From an uncultured delta proteobacterium (lineage in GTDB: Bacteria; Desulfobacterota; Desulfomonilia; UBA1062): a stretch of 64,000 nt of DNA. This document shows, one piece after another, positions 53,419-63,620 of the stretch (the first letter of the stretch is position 1; every line of letters starts with the position of its first letter). The stretch is from contig CAWAUM010000005.1 of assembly GCA_963785235.1 (NCBI GenBank), forward strand, positions 224,001-288,000. The letters are read 5' to 3'. The position numbers were made by a program, and so were the translations under genes. The notes beneath the pieces were generated by a model. That model was given only the letters and a program-made list of their open reading frames with translations, did no database searches and was not told the DNA's origin.

Positions 53419-54673
53419 ATGGCACAAGACGTATACATCATTGGAACGGCCATGACCAAGTTCGGGAAGTACCTGGAGAAAGGGATGAAGGTGCTCACCG
53501 GCGAGGCCCTGGAATTGGTGCTCAAGGACTGCGGGCTCGAGCGTCGGGACATGGAAGCGGCATGGTTTTCGAATTCAGGCTGGGGATACCACTCCTTCCA
53601 GCACGCTGTGAGGGGACAGGTCGCCCTGTCCGCCAACGGGCTCGAGGGCATCCCAATCGTCAATGTGGAAAATGCCTGCGCCTGCGGCTCCACGGCCCTG
53701 CACTCGGCGTGGGCGGCCATCAAGGCAGGCATCTACGACTGCGTGCTGGCCATCGGGGCCGAGAAGATGTACGACAGCGACCGCGCCAAGACCATGATGT
53801 TCTTCATGTCAGGCTCGGACGTCGAAGAGCTCCCGGCCTTCATGGCCAAGTTCCAGGAAGAGGAGAGGCTGCGCAGGGAGAAGAGAGGCGAAGGAGAAAG
53901 GCCTCGAGGCCCCCAAGGAACAGCCCGGCGGCCACTCGGCCTTCATGGACCTCTATTCCATAGGCGCGCGCATGCACATGGAGAAGTACGGTACCACCCA
54001 GCGCCAGCTTGCCTGCATTGCCGCAAAGGCCCACAACAACTCCGTGCACAACCCTTATGCCCAGTTCACCTTCCCCATGACCGTGGAAGAGGTTCTGGCG
54101 GACAGGGAGGTCTCCTATCCCCTGACCCGGGCCATGTGCGCCCCCGTTGGGGACGGCGCCGCCGCGGTAGTGCTCTGCAGCGAAAGGTTCCTGCAAAGGA
54201 GCGGGGCCGGGCAGGGCCGTCCGCATCCGTGCATCCGTGCTCAGGTCCGGTACGAGGGAAGGCGAGAGCGACATCTGCGCGAGGGCATCGAAGGCCGCCT
54301 ATGAGATGGCAGGCCTCGGGCCCGAGGACATCCATGTGGTCGAGGTCCACGATGCAACGGCCTTCGGGGAGCTGCATCAGACCGAGCAGATGGGTTTCTG
54401 CCCCCTGGGAGAGGGAGGGCCTTTCGCCGAGAGCGGGGCAACGGCCATCGGCGGGAAAGATCCCGGTCAACCCGAGCGGGGGGCTGATCGCCAGGGGCCA
54501 TCCTATCGGCGGATCAGGGTCTTGCGCAGATCTTCGAGCTGGCATCGCAGCTCTATGGTGAGGCAGGACCCCGTCAGGTCCAGGGGGCGCGGATTGCCCT
54601 GGCGGAGAACGGCGGAGGTTTCCTCGGCCGGGGCGAGGCTGCAATGGGTATTCATATCCTTGAAAAGGTTTGA
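53419..54673 (+). CDS. Thiolase (SCP2/lipid-transfer-type); about 4 frameshifts
   Basis: VENACACGS, GDGAAA, EVHDA, NPSGGL..GHPIG and ENGGG across frames. Confidence 0.8.
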
Positions 54674-54698
54674 GAAGGATGATGCAAAGGAGGTTGAG

Positions 54699-55423
54699 AT
54701 GGTTGAAAAGAATGGAACGGAGTCTCTGGACAGGCTGAAGAGAGAATTCACGGAGACGGAAAAGGTGATCCTGGCCCGCAGGAGCGTGCGCCAGTACAAG
54801 AAGGAACAGGTGCCCGAGTTCATGGTGAAGAGGATCCTCGAGGCGGGCCGCTTCGCCCCTTCGGCAGGGAACTTTCAGCCGTGGAAGTTCATCGTGCTGC
54901 GCGACCCCGAGGTGATCAATGGCATAACCGAAAGCAGTGGTCTCTTCCTGCAAGGTGGCCAGGGCCATGACCGACTACCGCAGGGTTGGCTTCGCGTGGC
55001 TGAGGCCGCTGATCAAGTTCATGACCAGGCTCAGGTACAACGACCTGCACCCCATGCCGTTTACGGCAATTCCCCTGGTCGCCGATGGCAAGCTGGGGCT
55101 CTGGCATGGGGCACCCACGGTCATCATCATCCTGAAGGACATCCGCGGGGTGGCCAGCCCGGACCTCGACTGCGGGATAGCGGGGCAGAACATGGTGCTT
55201 GCCGCCCACAGCATGGGTCTGGGGACCTGCTGGGTAGGCTTTGCAAAACTGGCCCTGGACTATGAACCCCATATGGAAAAGGCGCCTGGGCATCTCGTAC
55301 CCGTACAAGTTCGCAAACAGCCTGGCCATCGGATGGCCCCGGGGGAATCCCGACGGAATGGTCACCCGGCAGACCCACGCCGTCGACTGGTTCGAGAACG
55401 GCACCGTAAAAACAATCAGCTGA
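54699..55423 (+). CDS. Nitroreductase family protein; about 2 frameshifts
   Basis: RRSVRQY, APSAGNFQPW, AAHSMGLGTCWVG. Confidence 0.8.
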
Positions 55424-55438
55424 AGAGGAGGACCTCCC

Positions 55439-55782
55439 ATGGGAATAATTCGGTTTTTTTGACAGATTTCGTATCCCCTCCTACGACGACCCACAGCAGA
55501 TGGAGTTCGGCATCGTGGAAATCGACCTGGAAAAATGTACCGGGTGCGGCCTTTGTGCGGGGGCCTGCCCGGCGAAAGCGCTTGACATGGTAGACAGGAA
55601 ACCGCGGACGAAAAAAGCGCCGGAAAATGCATGCGCCTTCTGCGGCGACTGTGCGGCAATCTGCAGTGCAGGGGCGATTATCCATGAAGAAGCCGTATAG
55701 CTTTTCAGGGTTTTACAAGACCCTCGATGAAGGGGAGAGCAAGCCCTCCCCGGCTCTGATGCGGCTTGCGACGGGTGAATAA
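55439..55782 (+). CDS. 2x[4Fe-4S] ferredoxin-like protein; frameshifts at the T7 run (55454) and near 55682
   Basis: CTGCGLCAGACP and CAFCGDCAAIC motifs; exact stop uncertain. Confidence 0.75.
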
Positions 55783-55877
55783 TCAGCGAACATGATCTCA
55801 TCCCCGGTAGTGGCGTGGGGTGGAAGGTTTTACAGAAGATATGATAGTATTCCAAACTCAATAATAAGGAGATAACA

Positions 55878-57449
55878 ATGGCGCAGGAATCATCATACTG
55901 GTCTCTTGAACTGGAAAGACAGGCGGAATCGATTGGAGACAAGCCTTTTCTATACCTCGTGTACGAGGACCGCTCCATAACGTACAAGGAGATGGATCAG
56001 AACGCGAACCGGTTTGCGAACTATCTCCTCGGGATCGGCGCAAAGCCGGGTGACGGGCTTGCAACGCTCATGGGCAACTCGCCGCAGTTTCTCGATGTCT
56101 TCTTCGGCATCCAGAAGATCGGCATGTACATAAACACCGTCAATACAGGGCTCCGCGGAGAAGGCCTTGCCTTCATCATCGACAACAGCGACGCCAAGTT
56201 CCTGGTCGTGGATTACGACATGATCGATCTGTACCGAAGCGTGGAGAACGAGACGCCGCAGCTCAGGCACATCATCGTGAACACCCTCGAGGCCCCGAAA
56301 GATTATGTCGTCCCGAAAGGGATGCTGGACTTGCGCGATGCCTACAGGGGCAGCGTGTCTTCAGCCAAACCCGAGGTGAGCTTCAGCCCTGATTCCCTGC
56401 TCCTGATCATGTACACCTCCGGCACCACGGGGCTGCCCAAGGGGGTCGTGTTCAGATACAACAAAAACCTCGTGGACAAGGTCAAGCTCCTTTCCCAGCT
56501 CGCCATGAAGCCGGATTCGGTCTATTACACGCCGCTGGCGCTCTTCCACGGCAATGCCCTGTTCGTCACCACGACGCAGGTGCTGGTATCCGGCGCCAAG
56601 CTTGCCCTGAGCAAGAAGTTCAGCGCCAGCCGGTTCTGGGATGAGATCCATAAATCCGGGGCAACCATCTTCAACACCATCGGTGCCATGATCCCCATAC
56701 TCCTCAAGCAGCCTGTCCACCCCCATGAAAAGGACCACAAGGTCAGCCTCGTCATCTCGGCAGGGTGCCTGGCAGACATGTGGGAGCCCTTTGAAAACAG
56801 GTTCAATGTCACGCTCTGGGAGGCCTATGGCGCCATAGACGGGTCCGGGACCATCATGAACCTGGGGAACGCACCCAAGGGATCGGTGGGATCGTCCATG
56901 ATCTCCGAGATCAGACTCGTTGACGAGGCAGGCAAGGATGTCGCTGCCGGACAGACGGGGGAGCTCCTGTTCAAGGTGGCACAGGACAGGAAAAGCTCGG
57001 TGGAATACTATAAGAACATCGAGGCCACCCAGACGAAGACAAAGGGTGAATGGGAGCATACCGGGGACTACATGTACCAGGACGACAAGGGCAATCTCTA
57101 TTTCGTGGGCAGGAAGACGGATTCCATGAGGAGGCGCGGGGAAAACGTGTCGGCCTATGAGGTGGAAAAGGTCATCCTCAAGAACCCCAAGGTCCAGGAG
57201 TGCGCGGTATACGGTGTGCCCTCGGAGCTGACGGAAGACGAGATCATGGCATCGGTGACCCTTGTCAGCGGCGAGCAGCTGCCTCCCGCAGAGCTGTGGG
57301 CATTCCTTCAGGACAAGCTGGCAAAGTATGCGGTTCCCCGGTACATCAGGATAGTCGACGACTTTCCGAGAACCGAAACCTTCCGGATCAAGAAACACGA
57401 GCTGAAGGAGCTTGGCGTCACACCGGACACCTATGATGCGGAAGTCTGA
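55878..57449 (+). CDS. AMP-forming acyl-CoA ligase (CaiC-like)
   Basis: YTSGTTGLPKG, YGAID, TGD, RRRGENVS. Confidence 0.92.
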   Translation: MAQESSYWSLELERQAESIGDKPFLYLVYEDRSITYKEMDQNANRFANYLLGIGAKPGDGLATLMGNSPQFLDVFFGIQKIGMYINTVNTGLRGEGLAFIIDNSDAKFLVVDYDMIDLYRSVENETPQLRHIIVNTLEAPKDYVVPKGMLDLRDAYRGSVSSAKPEVSFSPDSLLLIMYTSGTTGLPKGVVFRYNKNLVDKVKLLSQLAMKPDSVYYTPLALFHGNALFVTTTQVLVSGAKLALSKKFSASRFWDEIHKSGATIFNTIGAMIPILLKQPVHPHEKDHKVSLVISAGCLADMWEPFENRFNVTLWEAYGAIDGSGTIMNLGNAPKGSVGSSMISEIRLVDEAGKDVAAGQTGELLFKVAQDRKSSVEYYKNIEATQTKTKGEWEHTGDYMYQDDKGNLYFVGRKTDSMRRRGENVSAYEVEKVILKNPKVQECAVYGVPSELTEDEIMASVTLVSGEQLPPAELWAFLQDKLAKYAVPRYIRIVDDFPRTETFRIKKHELKELGVTPDTYDAEV

Positions 57450-57502
57450 TGAAGCTAAAAGGCCCCGGCTGTTTCGTGGAGATGGCGTAAGGAGGACGGA
57501 AA

Positions 57503-58432
57503 ATGATCCATGACTTCAGAGAACTGATGGAGGCTGCAGTCAAGAGTGGGCCCAAATCCGTCTCTGTGGCCGCGGCAGATGACAACGAGACGCTCCATGC
57601 AGTCGTCCAGGCATCGAAGATGGGACTCGCCAAGTCAATCCTGGTAGGCAACCGGGAATGGATCGAGGTCATGCTGGAAAAGCTGAGTGCCGACACCCAA
57701 GCGTTCGAGATTATCCATGAAAAAGATTCCGTCAAGGCTGCTGCCCTCGCTGTCCAGGTGGTCAGAGACGGTCACGCGGACATCCTCATGAAGGGCTCTG
57801 TTGTGACATCGAAATTTCTCCAGGCTGCGCTTGGGTCGCTCGGAGGACTTAAGGAAGGGCTTTTCAGTGATGTGGAGGTTTATGAAGACGTGAGATCGGA
57901 TGCCAGGCTCGTCCTGGTGAGCGACGGCGGGGTGAACATATCGCCAGGCATCAGGCAGAAGCTCGAGATTATCAGGAATGCCGTGAAGGTTGCCCATCGT
58001 CTGGGCATCAGGTACCCGAAGGTAGCCCTCCTGTCAGGATCTGAAAAGGTGCACCCTGATTTCGCCTCCACCATCGATGCGGTCGCACTGGTGAAGATGT
58101 GTCATGACGGGGATGTTGAGGGCTGCGTGGTTGACGGACCGTTCGCCCTTGACAACGCCATAGACATGGCTTCGGCACGGGTGAAGGGCATAGAATCACC
58201 TGTGGCTGGCAGCGCGGATATCCTCATCATGCCGAACCTGGAGGCAGGCAATATCTTCGGCAAAAGCCTCCAGTACTATGCCGGAAGGCTGCTCATCCAT
58301 GTGGGCATGGGTGCAAAGGTCCCCATTCTGATTGATTCGCGTACTGCAAAGGCTGAGGAAAAGCTGCACTCCATAGCGCTTGCGAAGCTTATGTGCAGCG
58401 ATACACTCTCTGAAGGAGAGGAGGTATCATGA
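57503..58432 (+). CDS. ptb: Phosphate butyryl/acyltransferase
   Basis: LMKG, DGPFALDNA, PNLEAGN; next to buk. Confidence 0.82.
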   Translation: MIHDFRELMEAAVKSGPKSVSVAAADDNETLHAVVQASKMGLAKSILVGNREWIEVMLEKLSADTQAFEIIHEKDSVKAAALAVQVVRDGHADILMKGSVVTSKFLQAALGSLGGLKEGLFSDVEVYEDVRSDARLVLVSDGGVNISPGIRQKLEIIRNAVKVAHRLGIRYPKVALLSGSEKVHPDFASTIDAVALVKMCHDGDVEGCVVDGPFALDNAIDMASARVKGIESPVAGSADILIMPNLEAGNIFGKSLQYYAGRLLIHVGMGAKVPILIDSRTAKAEEKLHSIALAKLMCSDTLSEGEEVS

Positions 58433-58878
58433 TGAAGGATAAAAACTACATCATCCCTCAGATCTCGGTCTTCATCGACAACCGTCCTGCGAGCCTGGCG
58501 GAAATGACACGTCGCATCGCAGACAGGAACATCAACCTGCGCGCACTTTCACTGGCAGAAACACGCGAATTCGGTACGACACGCATCATCGTGGCTGACG
58601 TGGATGCCTGCAGCGAGGTGCTCAGGCAGGCTGGCTATCACTTCATCGAGACCGACGTTCTCGCTGTTGAGGTTGCGGACAGGCCGGGAGGGATGGCGGA
58701 CGTACTCGAATGCATCGCGGCTGAGCATATCAGCGTGGAATATGCCTATGCCATGATTGAAAAACGCGAGGGTTCCGCAGTCATCATCCTGCGTGTGGAT
58801 AACATCGGAAAGGCGATCATGGCGCTGCGGAAAAGAGATTTCCGGCTTCTCACCAGGGAAGACATCGCACTGCTATGA
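58429..58878 (+). CDS. Tandem ACT-domain protein
   Basis: QISVFIDNRP and DRPGGMA..I.VEYAY. Confidence 0.88.
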   Translation: MMKDKNYIIPQISVFIDNRPASLAEMTRRIADRNINLRALSLAETREFGTTRIIVADVDACSEVLRQAGYHFIETDVLAVEVADRPGGMADVLECIAAEHISVEYAYAMIEKREGSAVIILRVDNIGKAIMALRKRDFRLLTREDIALL

Positions 58879-59960
58879 AGATTCACAAAGAATCAACCCG
58901 GCAATATCGGATACTGGTCATCAATCCCGGGAGCACTTCTACAAAGGTTGCACTGTTTAAAGAAAGGGAGCTAGTCATCTCCCGGACCGTTGAACACACC
59001 GATCAGGAGCTCTCAGGATTCACAAGTGTTCATGAACAGCTGGGAATAAGGGGAAAGGCTCTAAGAGATTTCATAACAGATAACCGTATCACTGAAATTG
59101 ATGCCGTGGCTGGAAGGGGAGGTCTGCTCAAGCCTCTTCGGGGCGGCACGTACATGGTGAGTGATGCAATGTGCAAAGACCTCGAAGAGGCGCGGTATGG
59201 AGAACATGCGAGCAACCTCGGGCCCATTTTTGCGAAACTCTATGGTGAAGTATTCAGTGTCCCCGCTTACATCGTTGACCCGGTAACCGTTGACGAATAC
59301 GATCCCTCTTCAAGGATTTCCGGAGTGCCCGGCATCGAGCGGAAATGCCGCACCCATGCCCTCAACATCAAATCGGTTGCCAGGCGCTGTGCCGGAGAAA
59401 TGGGAAAGGCTATTGAAAACACCAGATTCGTCGTTGCACACCTGGGAGGCGGCATCTCCGTGTGCGCGCTCGCGGGCGGGAGAATCATCGATTCCACGGA
59501 CGGACTGCTCGGCGAAGGGCCGTTTTCCATGGAGCGCGCAGGAACTCTGCCCCTGGCAGGGGTGGTGGACCTGTGTTTCGAAAGAGGTTTTTCCAAAAAA
59601 GAGGTCCTGTCCCTGCTCTCAAGAAAAAGCGGATTCACGGGATACATGGGCACCGACCGGCTGACTGAAGTGCTGGACAGGATTGAAGCAGGCGATGAAC
59701 GGGCAAGCCTGATATTTGAGGCCATGGTTAGGCAGACCGTAAAATGGATAGGGGCAATGACAGCCCTGGTCAAAGGGCGGCCCGATGCAGTCATTCTCAC
59801 AGGAGGGATGGTGAATTCGCAGTTCCTCACAGAGGCGATATGCGCTCATATAGAACCCATGGCCGATGTCAGGCTCTATCCCGGAGAATTCGAGATGGAG
59901 GCTCTGGCTGAAGGTGTTCTACGGGTTCTGCAGAACATCGAGACTGTATTGGAGTACTGA
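58875..59960 (+). CDS. buk: Butyrate kinase
   Basis: INPGSTSTK, GRGGLL, HASNLG, HLGGGIS, YPGEFEMEAL. Confidence 0.93.
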   Translation: MKIHKESTRQYRILVINPGSTSTKVALFKERELVISRTVEHTDQELSGFTSVHEQLGIRGKALRDFITDNRITEIDAVAGRGGLLKPLRGGTYMVSDAMCKDLEEARYGEHASNLGPIFAKLYGEVFSVPAYIVDPVTVDEYDPSSRISGVPGIERKCRTHALNIKSVARRCAGEMGKAIENTRFVVAHLGGGISVCALAGGRIIDSTDGLLGEGPFSMERAGTLPLAGVVDLCFERGFSKKEVLSLLSRKSGFTGYMGTDRLTEVLDRIEAGDERASLIFEAMVRQTVKWIGAMTALVKGRPDAVILTGGMVNSQFLTEAICAHIEPMADVRLYPGEFEMEALAEGVLRVLQNIETVLEY

Positions 59961-60032
59961 TCAAGACTGACTGAGTTTCACGGACGAGATTCAAAGGCAA
60001 TGTTCACGAACAGGCATCGACATTACGAGGTG

Positions 60033-60187
60033 AACAGAATAAGGAACAGAATAAAACAGAATAAGGGACGGGTTCAAAAAACAGAATAAGAAAAGAATAG
60101 GGAACGGGTTCACATTTAAAAAGAATAGGGGACGGGTTCACATTTACGTTATTCTTCCCATGTTAAATTTGAACCCATCCCTTATTC
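60033..60187. repeat. Left REP-like cluster: 5 truncated copies plus hairpin doublet
   Basis: Units start AACAGAATAA or AAAAGAATAG and extend variably into GGGACGGGTTCACATTTA; closed by inverted TAAATTTGAACCCATCCCTTATTC. Confidence 0.85.
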
Positions 60188-60261
60188 CCCCTTTACTCAG
60201 TTTCTCTCACCTCTATCCTTACATCACCCTCACCATTATTAATTAATAAAAGGAGAACGAT

Positions 60262-61740
60262 ATGTTTGAATCGGCGGAGCTTGATCATACTCTGAACAAA
60301 AAGGCTTTCCATGACTTGCTGCCGCCCCTGCGCGAGGCATTGCTTGAAACGCAGTACGACCTGATCCAGACCCGGAAATTTCCGGTTATCATTCTCATAA
60401 GTGGAATGGATGGGGCCGGTAAGGGCGAGACGGTTAATGATCTTAACGCATGGCTTGATCCCAGGCATGTGGTGACCAATGCCCCCGGTGAACCCAACGA
60501 AGAAGAACGCAAACGCCCGCCAATGTGGCGTTTTTGGGGTGCATTGCCGCCCAGAGGAGTTATCGGCATCTTTTTCGGCTCCTGGTACAGTGCGCCCATC
60601 GCCGGGTATTTACACGGGCGGACTAAACGCTCCCAGTTCGACCGTGAGATGAACCTGCTTCGGCATTTCGAGCGCATGCTGGTGGATGAAGGAGCATTAA
60701 TCCTCAAGTTCTGGCTGCATCTTTCCAAGGACCAGCAACGCCGCAGGCTTAAACTTCTGGAGAAGAACCCACGCACGCGTTGGCGCGTATCCGAACGCGA
60801 CTGGAGCAACCTGAAAATCTATGAGAGATTCAAGGTCGTGGCCGAACACGTGCTGCGTGAAACAAGCACGGCCGAGGCTCCTTGGATGGTGGTCTCCGGA
60901 AACGATCCCAACTATCGGTCCTATACGGTGGCCAAGACCATTCTCGACGCCATGCGTAAGCGGCTGGACCAGCCTGCCAAAAGCCATCCATTGCGCAAGG
61001 CACCGCCTGCCACGCCGTCCACCGATAATGTCAAACTGGTCCGTTCGCTCGACCTCTCAAAGAGATTGAGCGACAAACGCTATAACAAAGAAATTGAAGA
61101 GTGGCAGGGCCGCCTCAGTTTACTCATGCGCACGCCGAAATTTTCCAAGCGCGCTCTGGTGGTGGTTTTCGAGGGCGTTGATGCTAGTGGTAAGGGTGGC
61201 ACAATCCGCCGTGTGACGCAGGCGCTTGATGCCAAGACTTATCGAGTCATCCCCATTGCAGCCCCCACCGAAGAGGAACTTGTCCAGCCGTATTTATGGC
61301 GCTTCTGGCGTAACATTCCACGGCTTGGTCGCATAGCTATCTTTGACCGATCTTGGTACGGCCGCCTGTTGGTGGAACGGGTGGAAGGGTTGTGCAAAGA
61401 GGCAGATTGGATGAGGGCCTACAGCGAGATCAACGATTTCGAAGAGCAGCTTGTTGAAAGCCGGATTATCGTAGCCAAATTCTGGCTGTCCATCAGTAAA
61501 GAAGAGCAACTCAGGCGTTTTAAGGAGCGCGAAATAACCGGCTTCAAACGCTTCAAGATCACTGATGACGACTGGCGCAACCGTGATAAGTGGGAGGCCT
61601 ACGAAACCGCCGTTTGCGATATGATCGACCGCACCAGCAGCGAAATAGCACCGTGGGTTTTGGTTGAGGCCGAGGATAAACAGTATGCCCGCATCAAAGT
61701 TATAAAAACGCTCTGTGAACATATCGAGGCGGCGCTGTGA
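60262..61740 (+). CDS. pap: Polyphosphate:AMP phosphotransferase (two-domain PPK2, class II)
   Basis: Two PPK2 domains (GMDGAGKG; EGVDASGKGG, FDRSWY), 492 aa. Confidence 0.9.
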   Translation: MFESAELDHTLNKKAFHDLLPPLREALLETQYDLIQTRKFPVIILISGMDGAGKGETVNDLNAWLDPRHVVTNAPGEPNEEERKRPPMWRFWGALPPRGVIGIFFGSWYSAPIAGYLHGRTKRSQFDREMNLLRHFERMLVDEGALILKFWLHLSKDQQRRRLKLLEKNPRTRWRVSERDWSNLKIYERFKVVAEHVLRETSTAEAPWMVVSGNDPNYRSYTVAKTILDAMRKRLDQPAKSHPLRKAPPATPSTDNVKLVRSLDLSKRLSDKRYNKEIEEWQGRLSLLMRTPKFSKRALVVVFEGVDASGKGGTIRRVTQALDAKTYRVIPIAAPTEEELVQPYLWRFWRNIPRLGRIAIFDRSWYGRLLVERVEGLCKEADWMRAYSEINDFEEQLVESRIIVAKFWLSISKEEQLRRFKEREITGFKRFKITDDDWRNRDKWEAYETAVCDMIDRTSSEIAPWVLVEAEDKQYARIKVIKTLCEHIEAAL

Positions 61741-61892
61741 TAAAGGGCATGATAAAAGTGAAAGCGCACCAAACCAGCTAATCCAGCAAAGGGCTCACTG
61801 CTGCTGATAAGCTATAAGGGGATCATCTCTTTACGTTTCTTGAGAACGAGCGCAGCCTTGAGGCCCCTTTTTCTGATGACCTTGGATAAATC

Positions 61893-62011
61893 AAGAATAG
61901 GGGACGGATTTCACATTTACGATGTTAAATGTGAACCCGTCCCTTATTTTGTTCTTATTTTGTTATTCTTATTTTGTTCTGTGAACCCGTCCCTTATTTT
62001 GTTCTTATTTT
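61893..62011. repeat. Right REP-like cluster: hairpin doublet plus 4 truncated inverted copies
   Basis: AAGAATAGGGGACGGATTTCACATTTACG-ATGT-TAAATGTGAACCCGTCCCTTATTTTGTT followed by units ending CTTATTTT(GTT). Confidence 0.85.
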
Positions 62012-62124
62012 CCAAATGAAAACCTTCATATGTTGGTTAATTTTAGATCACGCCCCTGCCTGATGTAGACAATACGGGTATTCCGAACGTCATAACAGGA
62101 AATAGAAAAGGACATGGAGGCAAT

Positions 62125-62736
62125 ATGAAAAAGTTGCTTTTGACGACAATCCTTTTGGCGATGGTTCTTGTTGTTCCAACGCCAGCAATGGCAGGGACAA
62201 ATATAAATATTGGAATTTCTCTACCGCCACCTATCGTGTTTGAGGAACCTCCGGATGTGATAGTGATGCCTGATACATACGACGTGTACGTTGTTCCTGA
62301 TATAGATGTAGAGATGTTTTTCTGGAATGGTTGGTGGTGGCGTCCATGGGAAGGTGGTTGGTATCGCTCACATTATTATGACCGGGGTTGGGGTTACTAT
62401 AACCATGTTCCAGGTTTTTATTATGATGTAGACCCAGGTTGGAGAGGATACTACAGAGGCCATAATTGGTACGGACACCGCTGGAACTATGAACGGATTC
62501 CTCACCGACAACTTCACCAGAACTGGAAGAGCTGGCAAAATAATCGACATTGGGAAAGGCAAGGACCACCCTGGGGCGTCCATAACTATCAACCTCGACC
62601 ACAACAACAGAGACAGGAACTAAGACATCAAAGGCAAGAGCACTATCAACAGAGGCCTGAGGTTCAGCGACACCAGCAACAAAGACAGGCGCAACAAGGG
62701 CCACACAAGCAGAGACCACCGCAACAGCATCAGTGA
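62125..62736 (+). CDS. Secreted Trp/Tyr/Gly-rich protein with Gln-rich tail
   Basis: Signal peptide, NIGISLPPP, WxGxW-type repeats; GGAGG RBS. Confidence 0.75.
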   Translation: MKKLLLTTILLAMVLVVPTPAMAGTNINIGISLPPPIVFEEPPDVIVMPDTYDVYVVPDIDVEMFFWNGWWWRPWEGGWYRSHYYDRGWGYYNHVPGFYYDVDPGWRGYYRGHNWYGHRWNYERIPHRQLHQNWKSWQNNRHWERQGPPWGVHNYQPRPQQQRQELRHQRQEHYQQRPEVQRHQQQRQAQQGPHKQRPPQQHQ

Positions 62737-62829
62737 AAATCTGAAGGAGGAAATTCAGAAGATCCATCAGTGCCAGATGAGCCGACTGAGGCTCAAGATC
62801 CTTTAAAAGCGCCACACAAGGGGGGCAAA

Positions 62830-63469
62830 ATGAAAAGACTCATTCTTATACTGTTTGTTTTGATGATTATGGTTCCAATGACAACGGTAATGGCAAAAAA
62901 TACAAGATATGCAAGAGATTATTATGAAAGAGATTATTATAGAGATAACTACGCAACTATCAAACTCGGGGCGTTCATACCAGATGATGATGCCGATTTT
63001 CTTGATAATGGTTATTCTATTGAAGGTGCTATCGGTCATAACCTCAGTAGAAACTTCGCTGTTGAGATTGGACTAGATTATACCATCACCGACTTTAAAG
63101 ATGACTATGGTTATGAGGATGCTTATGTATCCACTCTTGGCATACCTGTCACTGCTAAGTTTATTGCCCCTCTTTCAAACCAGGTAGACTTTTTTGTAGG
63201 TGCAGGGCTTGGTTTATATTTTACCCATGTTGATTTAGGTTACGAATATTATGATGGATACTATTATGACGATGACAATGGTGTTGATGATACTTGTCTT
63301 GGTTTCCATTGTCTTATTGGTGCAGACGTCAAGATGAATTCGAATACGGCTCTTACTATGCAGTTAAAGTACACAGAACTGGAAACAAGATGATGATGAT
63401 TACGATCATCATGATAATTTTGACATAGGTGGAACAACAGCCTCTCTTGGAGTCAAATTTCTCTTTTAA
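62830..63469 (+). CDS. Outer membrane beta-barrel (OmpW/porin-like); frameshift near 63384
   Basis: Signal peptide, FFVGAGLGLY strand; removing one A gives ELEQDDDDYDHHDNFDIGGTTASLGVKFLF with terminal Phe. Confidence 0.8.
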
Positions 63470-63620
63470 ACGGGTATCGCTATGTCGGATGATAGACACT
63501 CATACAAAGGTCAAACAATAGGTCTGGAACTTCATGACCATACTGTTCCAGGAACCTCCACAAGTGAGCAGAAGCTCACTACCTCGAAAGCGAGTGGAAG
63601 CCAAAGAAATGGGGGGTATT

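Noticed and set aside
56361-57398. Long antisense ORFs (also 49598-50545 and 54066-54968)
   Set aside because: Shadows of GC3-rich sense genes.
60033-60187. Repeat clusters as a CRISPR array
   Set aside because: Units are variable-length truncations with no unique spacers, and no cas genes are present.
62231-62815. 194-aa minus-strand ORF
   Set aside because: Antisense shadow of the 62125-62736 gene, which has an RBS and signal peptide.
63570-63610. GAAA-loop hairpin resembling a c-di-GMP-I riboswitch
   Set aside because: Lacks the GGCAAA/GACGCAAA core and the second stem.
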